From Centroscyllium fabricii (Eukaryota): a DNA stretch of 64,000 bases. Positions within the stretch are counted from its first letter, which is position 1. Every line of letters begins with the position of its first letter. Below, one piece after another: positions 1-11,350 of the stretch. Both the position numbers and the translations under genes were made by a program. The stretch is from contig JBNRSN020000161.1 in NCBI GenBank assembly GCA_051313645.2, positions 682,001 through 746,000 on the forward strand, read 5' to 3'. The notes below the pieces were generated by a model that was not told where the DNA came from, did not search any database, and saw nothing but the letters and a program-made list of their open reading frames with translations.

Positions 1-2375
1 TATACGTTTCAATAAGATCGCCTCTCATTCTTCTGAACTCTAAAGAGTAGAGTCCCAACCTACTTAACCTTTCCTCATATGTCAACCCCCTCATCGCTGG
101 AATTAACCGTGTAAACCTTCTCTGCACTGCCTCCAGGGCAAGTACATCCTTTCTTAAGTATGGACACCAAAACTGCACACAGTATTCCAAATGCGGTCTC
201 ACCAATACTGTGTACAGCTGCAGCAAGACCTCCCTGCTTTTATACTCTATCCCCCTAGCAATAAAGGCTAAGACTCCATTGGCCTTCCTAATCACTTGCT
301 GCACCTGCATACTAACTTTTTGTGATTCATGCACTAATACCCCCAGGTCCCTTTGCGTTGTATTACCATGCAGCTCCTCCCCATTTAGAGAATAACTTGC
401 TCTATGATTTTTTTTTCCAAAATGTATAACTTCGCATTTATCAGTATTAAATTTCATCTGCCAAATTGCTGCCCAATCACCTAGCTTATCTATGTCCTTT
501 TGCAGGCTTTTTCTGTCCTCCTCACTCCCTGCTTTTCCTCCCATTTTTGTGTCATCTGCAAACTTTGATATATTACACTTGGTCCCCTCCTCCAAATCAT
601 TTATATAGATTGTAAACAGCTGGGGTCCCAGCACCGACCCCTGCGGAACACCGCTAGTCACCGATTGCCATCCCGAGTATGAACCATTTATCCCAACTCT
701 CTGCTTCCTGTTTGAAAGCCAATCCTCTACCCATGCTAATATATTTCCCCCAATCCCATAATTTTTTATTTTAAGCAATAGTCTCTTATGTGGCACCTTG
801 TCAAAAGCCTTTTGGAAGTCCAAGTATACCACATCCACCGGTTCCCCTTTATCCACCCGAGATGTTACTTCCTCAAAGAATTCGAGCAAATTAGTTAAAC
901 ATGACTTCCCCTTCGTAAAACCATGCTGACTCTGTCCGATTAAGTTATGTTTATCCAAATGCCCCGTCAGTGTTTCTTTAATAATGGTCTCTAACATTTT
1001 ACCCACCACAGATGTTAGACTGACCGGTCTATAGTTACCAGCCTTCTGTCTACTTCCCTTTTTAAATATAGGTGTTACATTAGCCATTTTCCAATCCACC
1101 GGGACCCTTCCTGACTCCAGGGAGTTTTGGAAAATTATCACCAATGCATCTACAATCCCCACCGCTATTTCTCTCAAGACCCTAGGATGTAATCCATCAG
1201 GCCCAGGGGATTTATCCGCCTTAAGTCCCATTAATTTACCTAATACCATCTCCTTAGTGATCTTAATAGTGTTTAACTCCTCCATTCCTATAGCCCCCTG
1301 TTTATCCAGCGTTGGAATATTTTTAATGTCTTCTACGGTAAAGACTGATACAAAATATTCGTTTAATGCTTTTGCCAGCTCCATGTTCCCCACCAACAAA
1401 TTCCCAGTCTCACCCTCCAATGGACCAACATTCACCTTAGCCACCCTTTTTCTTTTTATATAACTATAAAAACTCTTGCTATTAGTTTTTATGTTTTTCG
1501 CTAAATTACTTTCATAATCTATTTTCCCCTTCTTAATTAATCTCTTTGTTATTTTTTGCTGACTTTTAAATGCTTCCCAATCTTCTGTCTTCCCACTGTA
1601 TCTGGCTACCTTATATGCCCTTGCCTTTAGCCGAATACTATCCTTTATTACTTTACTTAGCCATGGTTGGCTGTCCTTTCCTTTACCCCTTTTTTTCTTC
1701 AGTGGAATGTATTTTTCTTGAAGGTTGTACACTAACTCCTTAAAAGTACACCACTGCTCATGTACCGTCTTATTCTTTAGTCCGTTATCCCAATCTACTT
1801 TAATCAATTCTGTTCTCATACCTTCATAATCTCCCTTGTTTAGACTAAGTACCCTGGTTTGAGTTTCAAATTGCTCCCCCTCTAGTTGAATATGGAATTC
1901 GACCATATTGTGGTCACTCGTTCCAAGAGGGTCCCTAACTATGACATTTTTAATTAATCCTGCTTCATTACACAGGACCAGATCCAAGATTGTCTCCCCC
2001 CTTGTCGGTTCAGTGACATACTGTTCTAAGAACCCATCCCTAATACACTCTATAAACTCTTCCTCTAGTCTACCCTGCCCAGTTTGATTTGCCCAGTTGA
2101 TATGAAAGTTAAAGTCCCCCATGATTACAGCAGTTCCCTTATTACATGCTTCAACTATTTGCTGATTTATGTTCTGACCAACAGAGTCACAACTATTTGG
2201 AGGTCTATAGATTACACCCACTAGTGTTTTTTTCCCCTTATTATTCTCTATCTGTACCCAAGCTGTTTCACTATCCTGATCCTTTGACCCAATATCCTTC
2301 CTTTCTATTGCAGTTATTCCATCCTTTATTAAAAAGGCCACCCCACCTCCTTTTCTTTCCTGTCTGTCTTTTCTG
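1..2375 (-). mobile_element. CR1 LINE ORF2 (APE endonuclease + reverse transcriptase), 5'-truncated, runs off the left edge
   Basis: The minus strand reads RKDRQERKGGGVAFLIK (endonuclease) near 2375, YLDFQKAFDKVPH, GVPQGSVLGP and KFADDTK (RT), and LGLYSLEFRRMRGDLIETY near base 1. No stop-terminated minus ORF is listed here, consistent with one open frame to the edge. Confidence 0.92.
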
Positions 2376-3016
2376 AGAAAGGAAAGATCAGGAAATGGGG
2401 AAGAGAGTGACAAACAAAAGTCACATCCAAATGATTTCCTCATCCCTGTGGGAGGATGGGGGTGGTAATTCTGCACATTAAATTACTTTTATTATCAGAG
2501 TCCCCAAAATAAATATCTATGCCCTCTTTTAATGAGCCTATTAATGTCAAAAACAACAGGATTAATATAACAACAACGCATTTATATAGCGCCTTTAACA
2601 TAGTGAATCATCCCAAAGCGCTTCACAGGAGCGATTATCAGACAAAATCTGACACCGAGCTGCATAATGAGATATTAGGACAAGTAACCAAAAGCTTGAT
2701 CAAAGAGGTAGGTTTTGAGGGAGTGTCAAAGGAGGCGAGGTAGAGAGGCGGAGAGGCTTAGGGAGTGAATCCAGAGCTTAGACAGCAGAAGGCACGGCCA
2801 CCAATGGCAGGGCGGAATATGGGGGTGCTCAAGAGGAACGCAGAGATCTCAGAGAGATTTAGGGCTGGAGGAGGTTACAGAGATAGGCAGGGGCGAGGCC
2901 ATGAAAGAATTTGAACACAAGGATGAGAATTTTAAAATTGAGGTGTTGCTGGACCCGGAGCCAATGTAGATTGTCAAACACAGGGGTGGTGGGTGAACAG
3001 GACTTGGTGCGAGTTA

Positions 3017-3417
3017 GAAACATAGACATAGAAACATAGAAACTAGGAGCAGGAGTCAGCCATTCGGCCCTTCGAGCCTGCTCCGCCATTCAATGAGATC
3101 ATGGCTGATCATCCAAACCCAGTACCCCGCCCCTGCCCTCTCCCTATATCCCTATCGAACCTGCATCAACACATATCCCACCCTATCCCCGTAACCCCAC
3201 ATATTCAATCCCCCTAACACTAAGGGTCAATTTATCCTGGCCAATCAACCTAACCCGCACATCTTTGGACTGTGGGAGGAAACCGGAGCACCCGGAGGAA
3301 ACCCACGCAGACACGGGGAGAATGTGCAAACTCCACACAGATAGTACCCGAGGCTGGATTTGAACCCAGGTCTCCAGTGCTGTGAGGCAACAGTGCTAAC
3401 CACTATGCCACCGTGCC
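3017..3417 (-). mobile_element. tRNA-derived V-SINE (HE1-like) inserted in an L2 3' fragment (~2575-3480)
   Basis: Reverse complement has a tRNA-like head GGCACGGTGGCATAGTGGTTAGCAC...GGGTTCAAATCC, a V-domain TGTGGAGTTTGCACATTCTCCCCGTGTCTGCGTGGGTTTCCTCCGGGTGCTCCGG, and a CR1-type (CTATGTTT)n tail. Confidence 0.88.
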
Positions 3418-4119
3418 TTATGAGTTAGGACATGATCGGCAGGGTTTTGAATGATCTTAAGTTTACATAGGGTGGAAGAAAAAGACAACCAACAATCAGT
3501 CTTGTGTACCTTGTGCTATCCCTTGAACTGACCTTATTGCCACAAGTTTAATTTTATGAAACTTTTTGTCTAGGGTTTCAGGCCTACTGATCAGGCTGCT
3601 GGTGCCTCCAACTCGTCAACCCAGTGTTTGTGGTCCCGGTGCACATCTGGACATGTGTTTCACAGCCACCTGTTATAGTGACCACTTTTTTATCTTGGGT
3701 GCCAGCTGTGGTTGTGGGCGGGGGGGGGGGGGGGGGGGGGGGATGGAGAGGAGAGGGGGAAGCGCAGGGAAGGGGAGGTGGGACTGGTGGAATGTGGCAC
3801 TGGCCAGAAGGACTGCAGATTCAGCAGCATGTTGAAATTTGCACTTTTCTAAGAGGGCTGATTTCACTGCATCTGAAATTTCTTCCCTGAATTGTTCCAG
3901 GCTCTAACCCCGGTCTGTGGCCACTCCACTCCACTGAACCCCGGTCGATATCTTGCTGACATCCAGTTTGTTCGGGGCACAGGAGGTGTCAGCAGCAGGA
4001 ATTCTGGCATGTGATGCCATCTCCCACTGGTTTTGCCTCCTTTTCCTTCGTCAGGCTCCCATCCTCCTGAGGAAATTCCCTCACATGGAAACATAGAAGA
4101 TAGGACATCCTTTATAATG

Positions 4120-4650
4120 GACTATAGCATTTCCCCCATTACCGATGTCAGGCTTACCGGTCTATAATTCCCCGTTTTCTCTCTACCACCTTTTCTGAAT
4201 AGTTTGGTAACATTAGCTACCCTCCAATCCATGGGTACTGTTCCAGAGTCTATTGAATTCTGGAAGATGACCAGCAATGCATCTACTATTTTTAGGGCCA
4301 CTTCCTTAAGTACCCTAGGATGTAGATTATCAGGCCCTGGGGATGTATTGGCCTTCAATCCCATAACATAATTTCCTTACAAATATTGATTTCTTTCAGT
4401 TCCTCCCTCTCATTAGACCCTATGTTCCCCAACATCTCTGGGAGGTTATACGTGTCCTCTCTTTGTGAAGACAGAACCAAAGTATGTATTTAATTGGTCA
4501 GCCATTTCTTTGTTCCCCATTATAAATTCCCCTGATTCTGTCTGCAAGGGACCAACACTTGACTTCACCAATCTTTTTCTCTTCACATATCTATAGAAGC
4601 TTTTACCGTCAGTTTTTATGTTCCCTGAAAGCTTACTCTCATACTCATAC
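4120..4650 (-). mobile_element. CR1 LINE internal fragment
   Basis: ORFs 4122..4364 (SPGPDNLHPRVLKE...GNYRPVSLTS) and the end of 4446..4838 (KSFYRYVKRKR) are CR1 ORF2 segments. Confidence 0.85.
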
Positions 4651-5352
4651 TTATGGTGGAAACCTAGTGTTTCCAGGTCTCTGCTCATTTCCCTGCCCTG
4701 CCTGCCCTTGCCCACATGGATTACTCTGATCCCAGACCCCAGGCAAATTCTGGGCCCTGAAACAGAAACGTAAAATGTTAGTGTCTGCGTCTGTGGAAAG
4801 AACAGATAAATGACCAGGAAATTGTGCGCAGTACACACCCCGATTTCCTGTTGTGGTGAGCGGGGGCGTGGAAGATAACTGGCTTCCTGTTTATTCGCTG
4901 CAGAATGCAGTATCTACTTCCTTTCACAGTGATGTTTTCACAGTCTGCTCACATCACCATGAAGCGGGGCTAAGCCAGAGACATGAGTAAATTCATAGCA
5001 CACTGCCAAATTGGCCTCCCATTGCCAGTGCACTCGTCCCTGTAGTTACCAGGCAATGTGGATCAGTAGCTGTGACAATAATTGAAGATAATCATTCACC
5101 TAATGCGGCCATATCAGCAGAAACAAGACATTAAATTCAGATAAACACATGGACAGGGTGTCGCCTGTGGCTTTTGCGACTGATCTATCTTGGTGCTTTT
5201 CCCCTCCCCTGTTCCATCCAATTTATTTGTGGCAAAAAGTGGAAGACACTGCAGGGAGGAGGATTTCTGTCTGTTACAAGCAATGGGTTTTAATTTTTAA
5301 GTAGGGTATTAGTATCACCAATTGGTAACAATTATGATGTAATGCACACAAC

Positions 5353-6515
5353 TGTGGTACCGCTAACATCCTACAGATGGTGCTGTTGGCGAGCGATAGC
5401 TTTTAATTTTTAACAGGTTTGCAGCACCACCATATGGCATTTAAAAAATTTAAATAAGCTTCAAAACAACAAGAAATAAGTACATGCAAAGATGCCTGTT
5501 TACCTTCTGTATAGTAATATAACATGTACATTTTAATTCCACAGAAAATAAATCCGGTTGCAGATGGTACCGTAGTTAGTTGTAATAAACTTCACACCCC
5601 TGTGGTACCAAAATATCCCCACAGATGGAACTGTGGCAAGCGATGGGCATTACAATTAGTTATAATAATAAAATTCTAAATAATACTAAAATATTCCTAC
5701 AGATGATGCGCTTGCAAGTAATGTTTTTTAAAAGAGAGACTTGCATTTATATCACGCATTTCACGATCTCCGGCCATCCCAAAGCGCTTTACAGCCAATG
5801 AAGTACTTTTTGAAGTGTAAGAAGTCACACAACACCAGGTTAGCGTCCAACAGTTTTATTTGAAATCACAAGCTTTCGGAGCGCTGCTCCTTCTCAGGTG
5901 AAGTGGAGAGATGCATATAGGCACAGCATATACACAGCATATTATTGAAGTGCAGTCACCATTGTAATGTCGGATATGTGGCAGCCAATTTGAGCACAGT
6001 AATCTCCCACAAACAGCAATGTGAAAATGACCAGATAATTTAGTGATGTTGATTGAGGGATAAATATTGGCCAGGACACCGGGGTTAACTCTCCTGCTCT
6101 TCTTCGAAATAGTGGCCATGGGATCTTCTACGTCCACCTGAGAGAGCAGACGGGGCCTCGGTTTAATGTCTCATCCGAAAGACGGCACCTCCAACAGTGC
6201 AGTGCTCCCACAGTACTGCACTGGAGTGTCAGTCTGGATTTTTGTATTTAACCGTCTGCAGCGTTAACATTTGGTATTTCATAGAATCATAGAAATTTAC
6301 GGCGCAGAAGGAGGCCATTCGACCTGGATATTTATTGGCACTGTCGTTAGTTATAATAAAATGCAATTTGCATGTAATTTATTTGCACTACTCTCGGGAG
6401 AGTCGAGTCTTCGTCTCGTTGTATTGTACTAATACTCTGCAATGACAAAACTTGAATTGAATTGAATTGAAAACTCACACCCCTGTAGTACCAAACGATT
6501 CCTACAGATGGCGCC
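5353..6515 (+). promoter_or_regulatory. Cluster of co-oriented CTCF-like sites with upstream (M2) motif
   Basis: TGTGGTACC-N8-CCTACAGATGGTGCT (5353), TGTGGTACC-N8-CCCACAGATGGAACT (5601), TGTAGTACC-N8-CCTACAGATGGCGCC (6484), plus a core-only CCTACAGATGATGCG (5696). Sequence and spacing fit the extended CTCF motif. Confidence 0.6.
5740..6240 (-). mobile_element. Deu-domain SINE (SacSINE1-like) with L2-type tail; contains a Penelope hammerhead fragment
   Basis: Contains GAGGGATAAATATTGGCCAGGACACC...CCATGGGATCTT...CTCATCCGAAAGACGGCACCTCC. The same family recurs at 33775-33980, 40495-40671+45427-45560 and 62820-63145. Confidence 0.7.
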
Positions 6516-6683
6516 ACCTGAACAGGCAGTCCCTCGGAACCGAGGACGACTTGCTTCCACTTTAAAAATGAGTTCTCAGGTGACTGATGAGACCAATGCG
6601 GGACCTACAGTCTCTGTCACAGGTGGGGCAGACGGTGGTTGAAGGGACGGGTGAGTGGGGTGCTTGGGTTGACGTGCACTCCT

Positions 6684-8007
6684 TGACGTATCGTCAATAA
6701 GACAAAGACGAGTAGTTACCTTAACTATAGGCTTTTAATCACTTAAGAATGGAGCTAGCCTCCAGTCGAACATTGAGTACAGAATGAATGGGGGCAGGTC
6801 AGACCTCACCTATAAGGCTCTCACCTGAGGGGAGGAGTTAGAGGTGTGGCTGACCTGACCTCGCGACAGTGTCCTTATACAGTGCACCCAGCCACTATAC
6901 ATGCTGGTCTGTAGTGTAACTCAACTACATACAATGGTAATATGATTATCACATTCACCCCTTCTTTGAAAATGAGTCCGGCGGGGTGAATGGACAGAAC
7001 CGGTTAGTGCAAAAAAAATTTGTATGAGTCCAGATCAACAGTTCTCAATGAGTCTCTCCGGCGGTCGTGTCTGCCGTGAGGACCGCCGGGGTTCCGGTAG
7101 CGGCGCTGGTGCCGGTTGTGGCGGCGGGGCCGGGTCCGGGTCCTCCAGCAACTGTGCCTGCGGTGTGGCGTCTGGTCCTGGGTCCTCAGCTGATAGTGTC
7201 GGGGGCCCCGGTGTGTGCGTGTGCATAGGTGGTGGTTGGTGTGTAGGCCAGTGGTCGGTAGGCGGTGGCTGGTCGGGCTGAGGCTCGACCAGGGGCTCTG
7301 CTGTAGTGCTCCCGGCGGGCGCTAGGTCCCTGATGGAAACTGTGTCCTTGCGCCCGTCCGGGAACTGCACGTAGGCATACTGCGGGTTGGCGTGCAGCAG
7401 CTGTACCTTTTCCACCAGGGGGTCGGTCTTATGGCCGCGGACATGTTTCCTAAGTAAGACCGGCCCCGGCATCGTGAGCCACGGTGGGAGTGCCGTCCCC
7501 GAAGTCGGCTTCCTGGGGAATGAAAATAATAAATCATGAGGTGTGGCATTTGTAGCCGTACACAGCAGTGGGCGGATGGAGTGGAGCGCGTCTGGGAGGA
7601 CTACCTGCCAACGGGACACTGGAAGGCCTCTGGACTTCAGGGCCAGGCTGACCGCCTTCCAGATGATCCCGTTCTTCCTTTCTACCTGGCCGTTCCCCCG
7701 GGGGTTGTAACTGGTCCTTCTGCTTGAGGCAACCCCTTTCTGAAGCAGAAACTGACGCAGTTTGTCGCTCATGAATGACGAACCCCGGTCGCTATGGATG
7801 TAGCTGGGGAGACCGAAAATGGCGAACAGCGTGGTGAAGTTTCTTATCACTGTTGCGCTCATCATATCTGGGCAGGGGAGGCGAAGGGGAAGCGGGAGAA
7901 CTCGTCCACGACCGTGAGGAAGTACGAGCTGCGGTCGGTGGAGGTGAGGGGGCCTTTGAAGTCCACGCTTAGACGTTCAAAGGGGCGGGGTGGCCTTAAT
8001 GAGGTGC
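6684..8007 (-). mobile_element. Gypsy element A: 3' LTR (6684-6953) plus integrase, truncated
   Basis: TG...CA LTR preceded on the minus strand by the polypurine tract (PPT) GGGGTGAA. ORF 7035..7865 has the rve core (IHSDRG, YNPRGNGQVER). It is cut at ~8007, where the tandem triplication starts. Confidence 0.9.
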
Positions 8008-9382
8008 GCCATGATCTCATTGAATGGCGGAGCAGGCTCGAGGGGCTGAATGGCCTACTCCTGCTCCTATCTTCTATGTTTCTGTGTTTCTATGAAAAGC
8101 AGCGTGCTGCAGGGCCCGCGCAACCGGTGAGCTGGCTTCTGAATAGAAAAAACGTGCACGTGCTGAATTTTCAATGGGCCGCACAACAAATTAGAGGGAC
8201 CATTGCCTACAACTCTCCGACCATATAATAGAATGGTTGCAGCACAGAAGGAGGTCATTCGGCCCGTCGAGCCCATTCCAACTCTCTGCCAGAGCACTTC
8301 AGCTAGTTCCACACACCCCCGCCCTTTCGCCGTAGCCCTGCAAAATCTTTTCCAACAGGTATTTATCCAATTCTCTTCTGAAAGCCACAATTGAATCTGT
8401 CTCCAGGACCCTTTCGGGCAGTGATTTCCAGATGCTAACCACTCACTGCGTAAAAACGGTTTTCCTCATGTCGCCTTTGATCTCTGTGCTCCTGCAATTC
8501 GGGCCTCTTGCGTATCCCATACTTTATTCGCTCCACCGCTGGCGGGCGTGCTTTCAGCTACCTCGGCCCTGAACTCTGGAATTTCGTCCCGAAACCTCTC
8601 CGCCTCTGTCTCTCCTCCTTTAAGACGCTCGTTAAAACCTACCTTTTCGAACAAGCTTTTGGTCATCTGTCCTAATATCTCCTTCTGCGGCTTGGTGTCA
8701 AATTGTGTTTGATAACACTGCTGTGGAGTGCCTTGGGACGTTTCACTATGTTAAAGACGCTATATAATTACAAGATGATGAGTAAATAAGGAGAAACTGT
8801 TTCCGGTGTCAGAAGGGTCAGAAACCAGGGGTCACAGATTTAAGAAAATTTGCAAAAGAACCAGAGGTGACAGCAGGATGTTTCCCTGCCTCCCCCTACC
8901 GTACCTCGAGGTGACATAAGGTAAAAAAAAATGATGCAGCAAATTGTTGTGACTACTGGAGTGCACTGCCTGATAAGGTGGTGGAAGCAAATTGAATAGT
9001 AATGTGGAAAAGGTAATTTGGATAATATTTGAAGGTAAAATAATTGCAGGACTTTGGTGAAAGAACAGAGGAGTGGGATTAATTGGATAGCCCTTTGAAA
9101 GAGCCGGCAGAGGCACGATGGGCCGAATGGCCTGGTTCTGTGCTGTATCATTGTTTGGGAGTTAATAAGTTTGAACATTTTGCCGAAGTGCAGAGTTGGC
9201 ATGCAGCTTTGAAAAATTGGTTGTATGCGATGTATAATTGTTGATTTTTTGTGCAAAATGTGTAATTTGTGAGTTGTAAGGCTGAAAATAACTGTGATGG
9301 GGAGGTGCCGGTGTTGGACTGGGGTGGACAAATGCAAGAAGTCACTCAACACCAGGTTATAGTCCAACAGTTTTATTTGAAA

Positions 9383-9419
9383 TCACAAGCTTTCGGAGCG
9401 CTGCTCCTTCATCAGGTGA
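9383..9419 (-). ncRNA. Minimal type I hammerhead ribozyme in a Penelope-like pseudo-LTR
   Basis: Minus strand TCAC-CTGATGA-A-GGAGC(AGC)GCTCC-GAAA-GCTT-GTGA: CUGANGA core, stem II, GAAA, palindromic helix III and stem I TCAC/GTGA. Confidence 0.8.
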
Positions 9420-9989
9420 AAGAGAAGTTGATCCAAAGACAGCACATATACAAGTGAGAGAGAAATCGAATCTCTCCCACATCTCACCTCAGCAGAGAGA
9501 CAAACAGAGCAGACAAAGGTGTTTTCACATATTTTAACATATTAATCAGGCATCAGTCTGAGATCAATGAGGCACAGTCACAAAGGGTCAAATGCTGCAG
9601 TCCTGTGTCTGTGCGAAAACACACAGAATGATTTTTTTTTTAAAGGATTTTCCTTACAAGGCAAAGACGACTCTAGTCTGGATGACTCTCCGTCAAGCAG
9701 GGTCACATGTAGCGCGACATGAAGCCAATATCACGGTTGAGGCCGTCCTCATGGGTGCGGAATTTTGGCGATCAGCCTCTGCTCGACGCTTTTGCGTTGT
9801 CGGGTGTCTCGAAGGCCGCCTTGGAGAATGCTTACCCGAAGATCGGAGGCTGAATGTCGTTGACTGCTGAAGTGTTCCCCGACTGGGAGGGAAGACTCCT
9901 GCCTGGCAATTGTTGTGCGGTGTCCGTTCATCCGTTGTCGTAGTGTTTGCATGGTCTCGCCGATGAACCATGTCTTTTCCTGCAACGAA

Positions 9990-10360
9990 TCACCGGTACC
10001 CAGCTACCGTCAATGGAAAGCATCTACCTCAAACGCTGCTTACTGAGGTCTATGAACATTATTAAAGTCCCCACACACCCCAGCCACAGTCTGTTCGCCC
10101 CCCTGCCCTCCGGGAGACGCTACAGAGCAATTCGCACCCGCACGACTAGATTTAAGAACAGCTTCTTCCCCAGGGCTGTCAGCCTCCTGAACTCTAAAAA
10201 TAAACTCCGGTACCTGCACGCCTGATAATGTACTTTACTGTATGCAATTTGCATGTAATTTATTTGCACTACTCTCGGGAGAGTCGAGTCTTCGTCTCGT
10301 TGTATTGTACTAGTACTCTGCAATGACAATAAAACTTGAATTGAATTGAATTGAATTGTC
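9990..10360 (+). mobile_element. Rex1/Babar-type LINE 3' end (duplicate at 13253-13622; related pieces at 6360-6470 and 17768-17945)
   Basis: Encodes THPSHSLFAPLPSGRRYRAIRTRTTRFKNSFFPRAVSLLN, followed by AATAAA and a (TTGAA)n tail. Confidence 0.8.
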
Positions 10361-10835
10361 ACATTCACTCACTGTGGTTGAAATATTTCACCAATAAACC
10401 TACCTTCTTTTGTTTAAGTGGGTTTCACATTTTTTGTCTTATAATAGTCCTGTGAAGCACCTTGGGACGTTTTTACTACCTTAAAGACGCTATATAAATA
10501 TAAGTTGTTGTAGTTTGCAATCTTTCTCACTCTTTTCAGTTTGATCATTGTCCTCATAGTGAATAAATGATATAAGGAAAAGCCACATTAAGAGCTTAAA
10601 GACAAAGCTGGAAAATAAATGTTCCTTAATGTTGTTATATGTAAGGGAGACACTGGAAATATGAGGTATTCGAGCCAACAGTGCAGCAATCGTAACTTCC
10701 TCCAGCATGGTCAGTGCTTCTAGTAAGGCTTTCTCCTGTTCCGTCTCAGTCATGCCTGAAATCAAAATGATGTCCCGTGGCAGGGAATATGACCAGGACC
10801 TTCTAAGAACCGTGGCATTTTCCTTTGCAAACAAC

Positions 10836-11350
10836 ATGAGAGGGCTGTCCTATGATGAGAGATTGTGTAGAATGGGCCTATACTCTCAGGAGTTTAGAAG
10901 AATGAGAGGTGATCTCATTGAAACATGCAAGATTCTGAAGGGGATTGACAGGATAGAAGCTGAGAGGTTGTTCCCCCTGGCTGCAGTGTCTAGAACTAGG
11001 GTGCACAGTCTCAGGATAAGGGGTTTCGCCCTGGCTGCAGTGTATAGAACTGGGGGGCATAGTCTCAGGATAAGGGGTAGGCCATTTAAGACCGACATGA
11101 GGAGGAATTTCTTCACCCAGAGAGTGGTGAACCTATGGAATTCTCTGCCACAGAGGGTGGTGGAGGCCAGTTCATTAAATATATTCAAGAAGGAGTTAGA
11201 TATATTCCTTAAGGCTAAAGGGATCAAGGGATATGGGGAGAAGGCACAGACAGGTTACTGAATTTGGATGATCAGCCATGATCTCATTGAATGGCGGAGC
11301 AGGCTCGAGGGGCTGAATGGCCTACTCCTGCTCCTATCTTCTATGTTTCT
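10836..11350 (+). mobile_element. CR1 3' end with an internal ~58-bp duplication (duplicate at 14099-14615)
   Basis: GLSYDERLCRMGLYSQEFRRMRGDLIE...FFTQRVVNLWNSLP, then the CR1 hairpin and CTATGTTT tail. Confidence 0.85.

Noticed and set aside
3560-5260. Non-repeat stretches with short ORFs and a possible minus-strand acceptor near 4757
   Set aside because: No recognisable protein motif or consistent exon chain could be built.
6583-6620. CTGATGA resembling a hammerhead core
   Set aside because: No stem II followed by GAAA; it lies in what looks like an RTE-type LINE 3' fragment.
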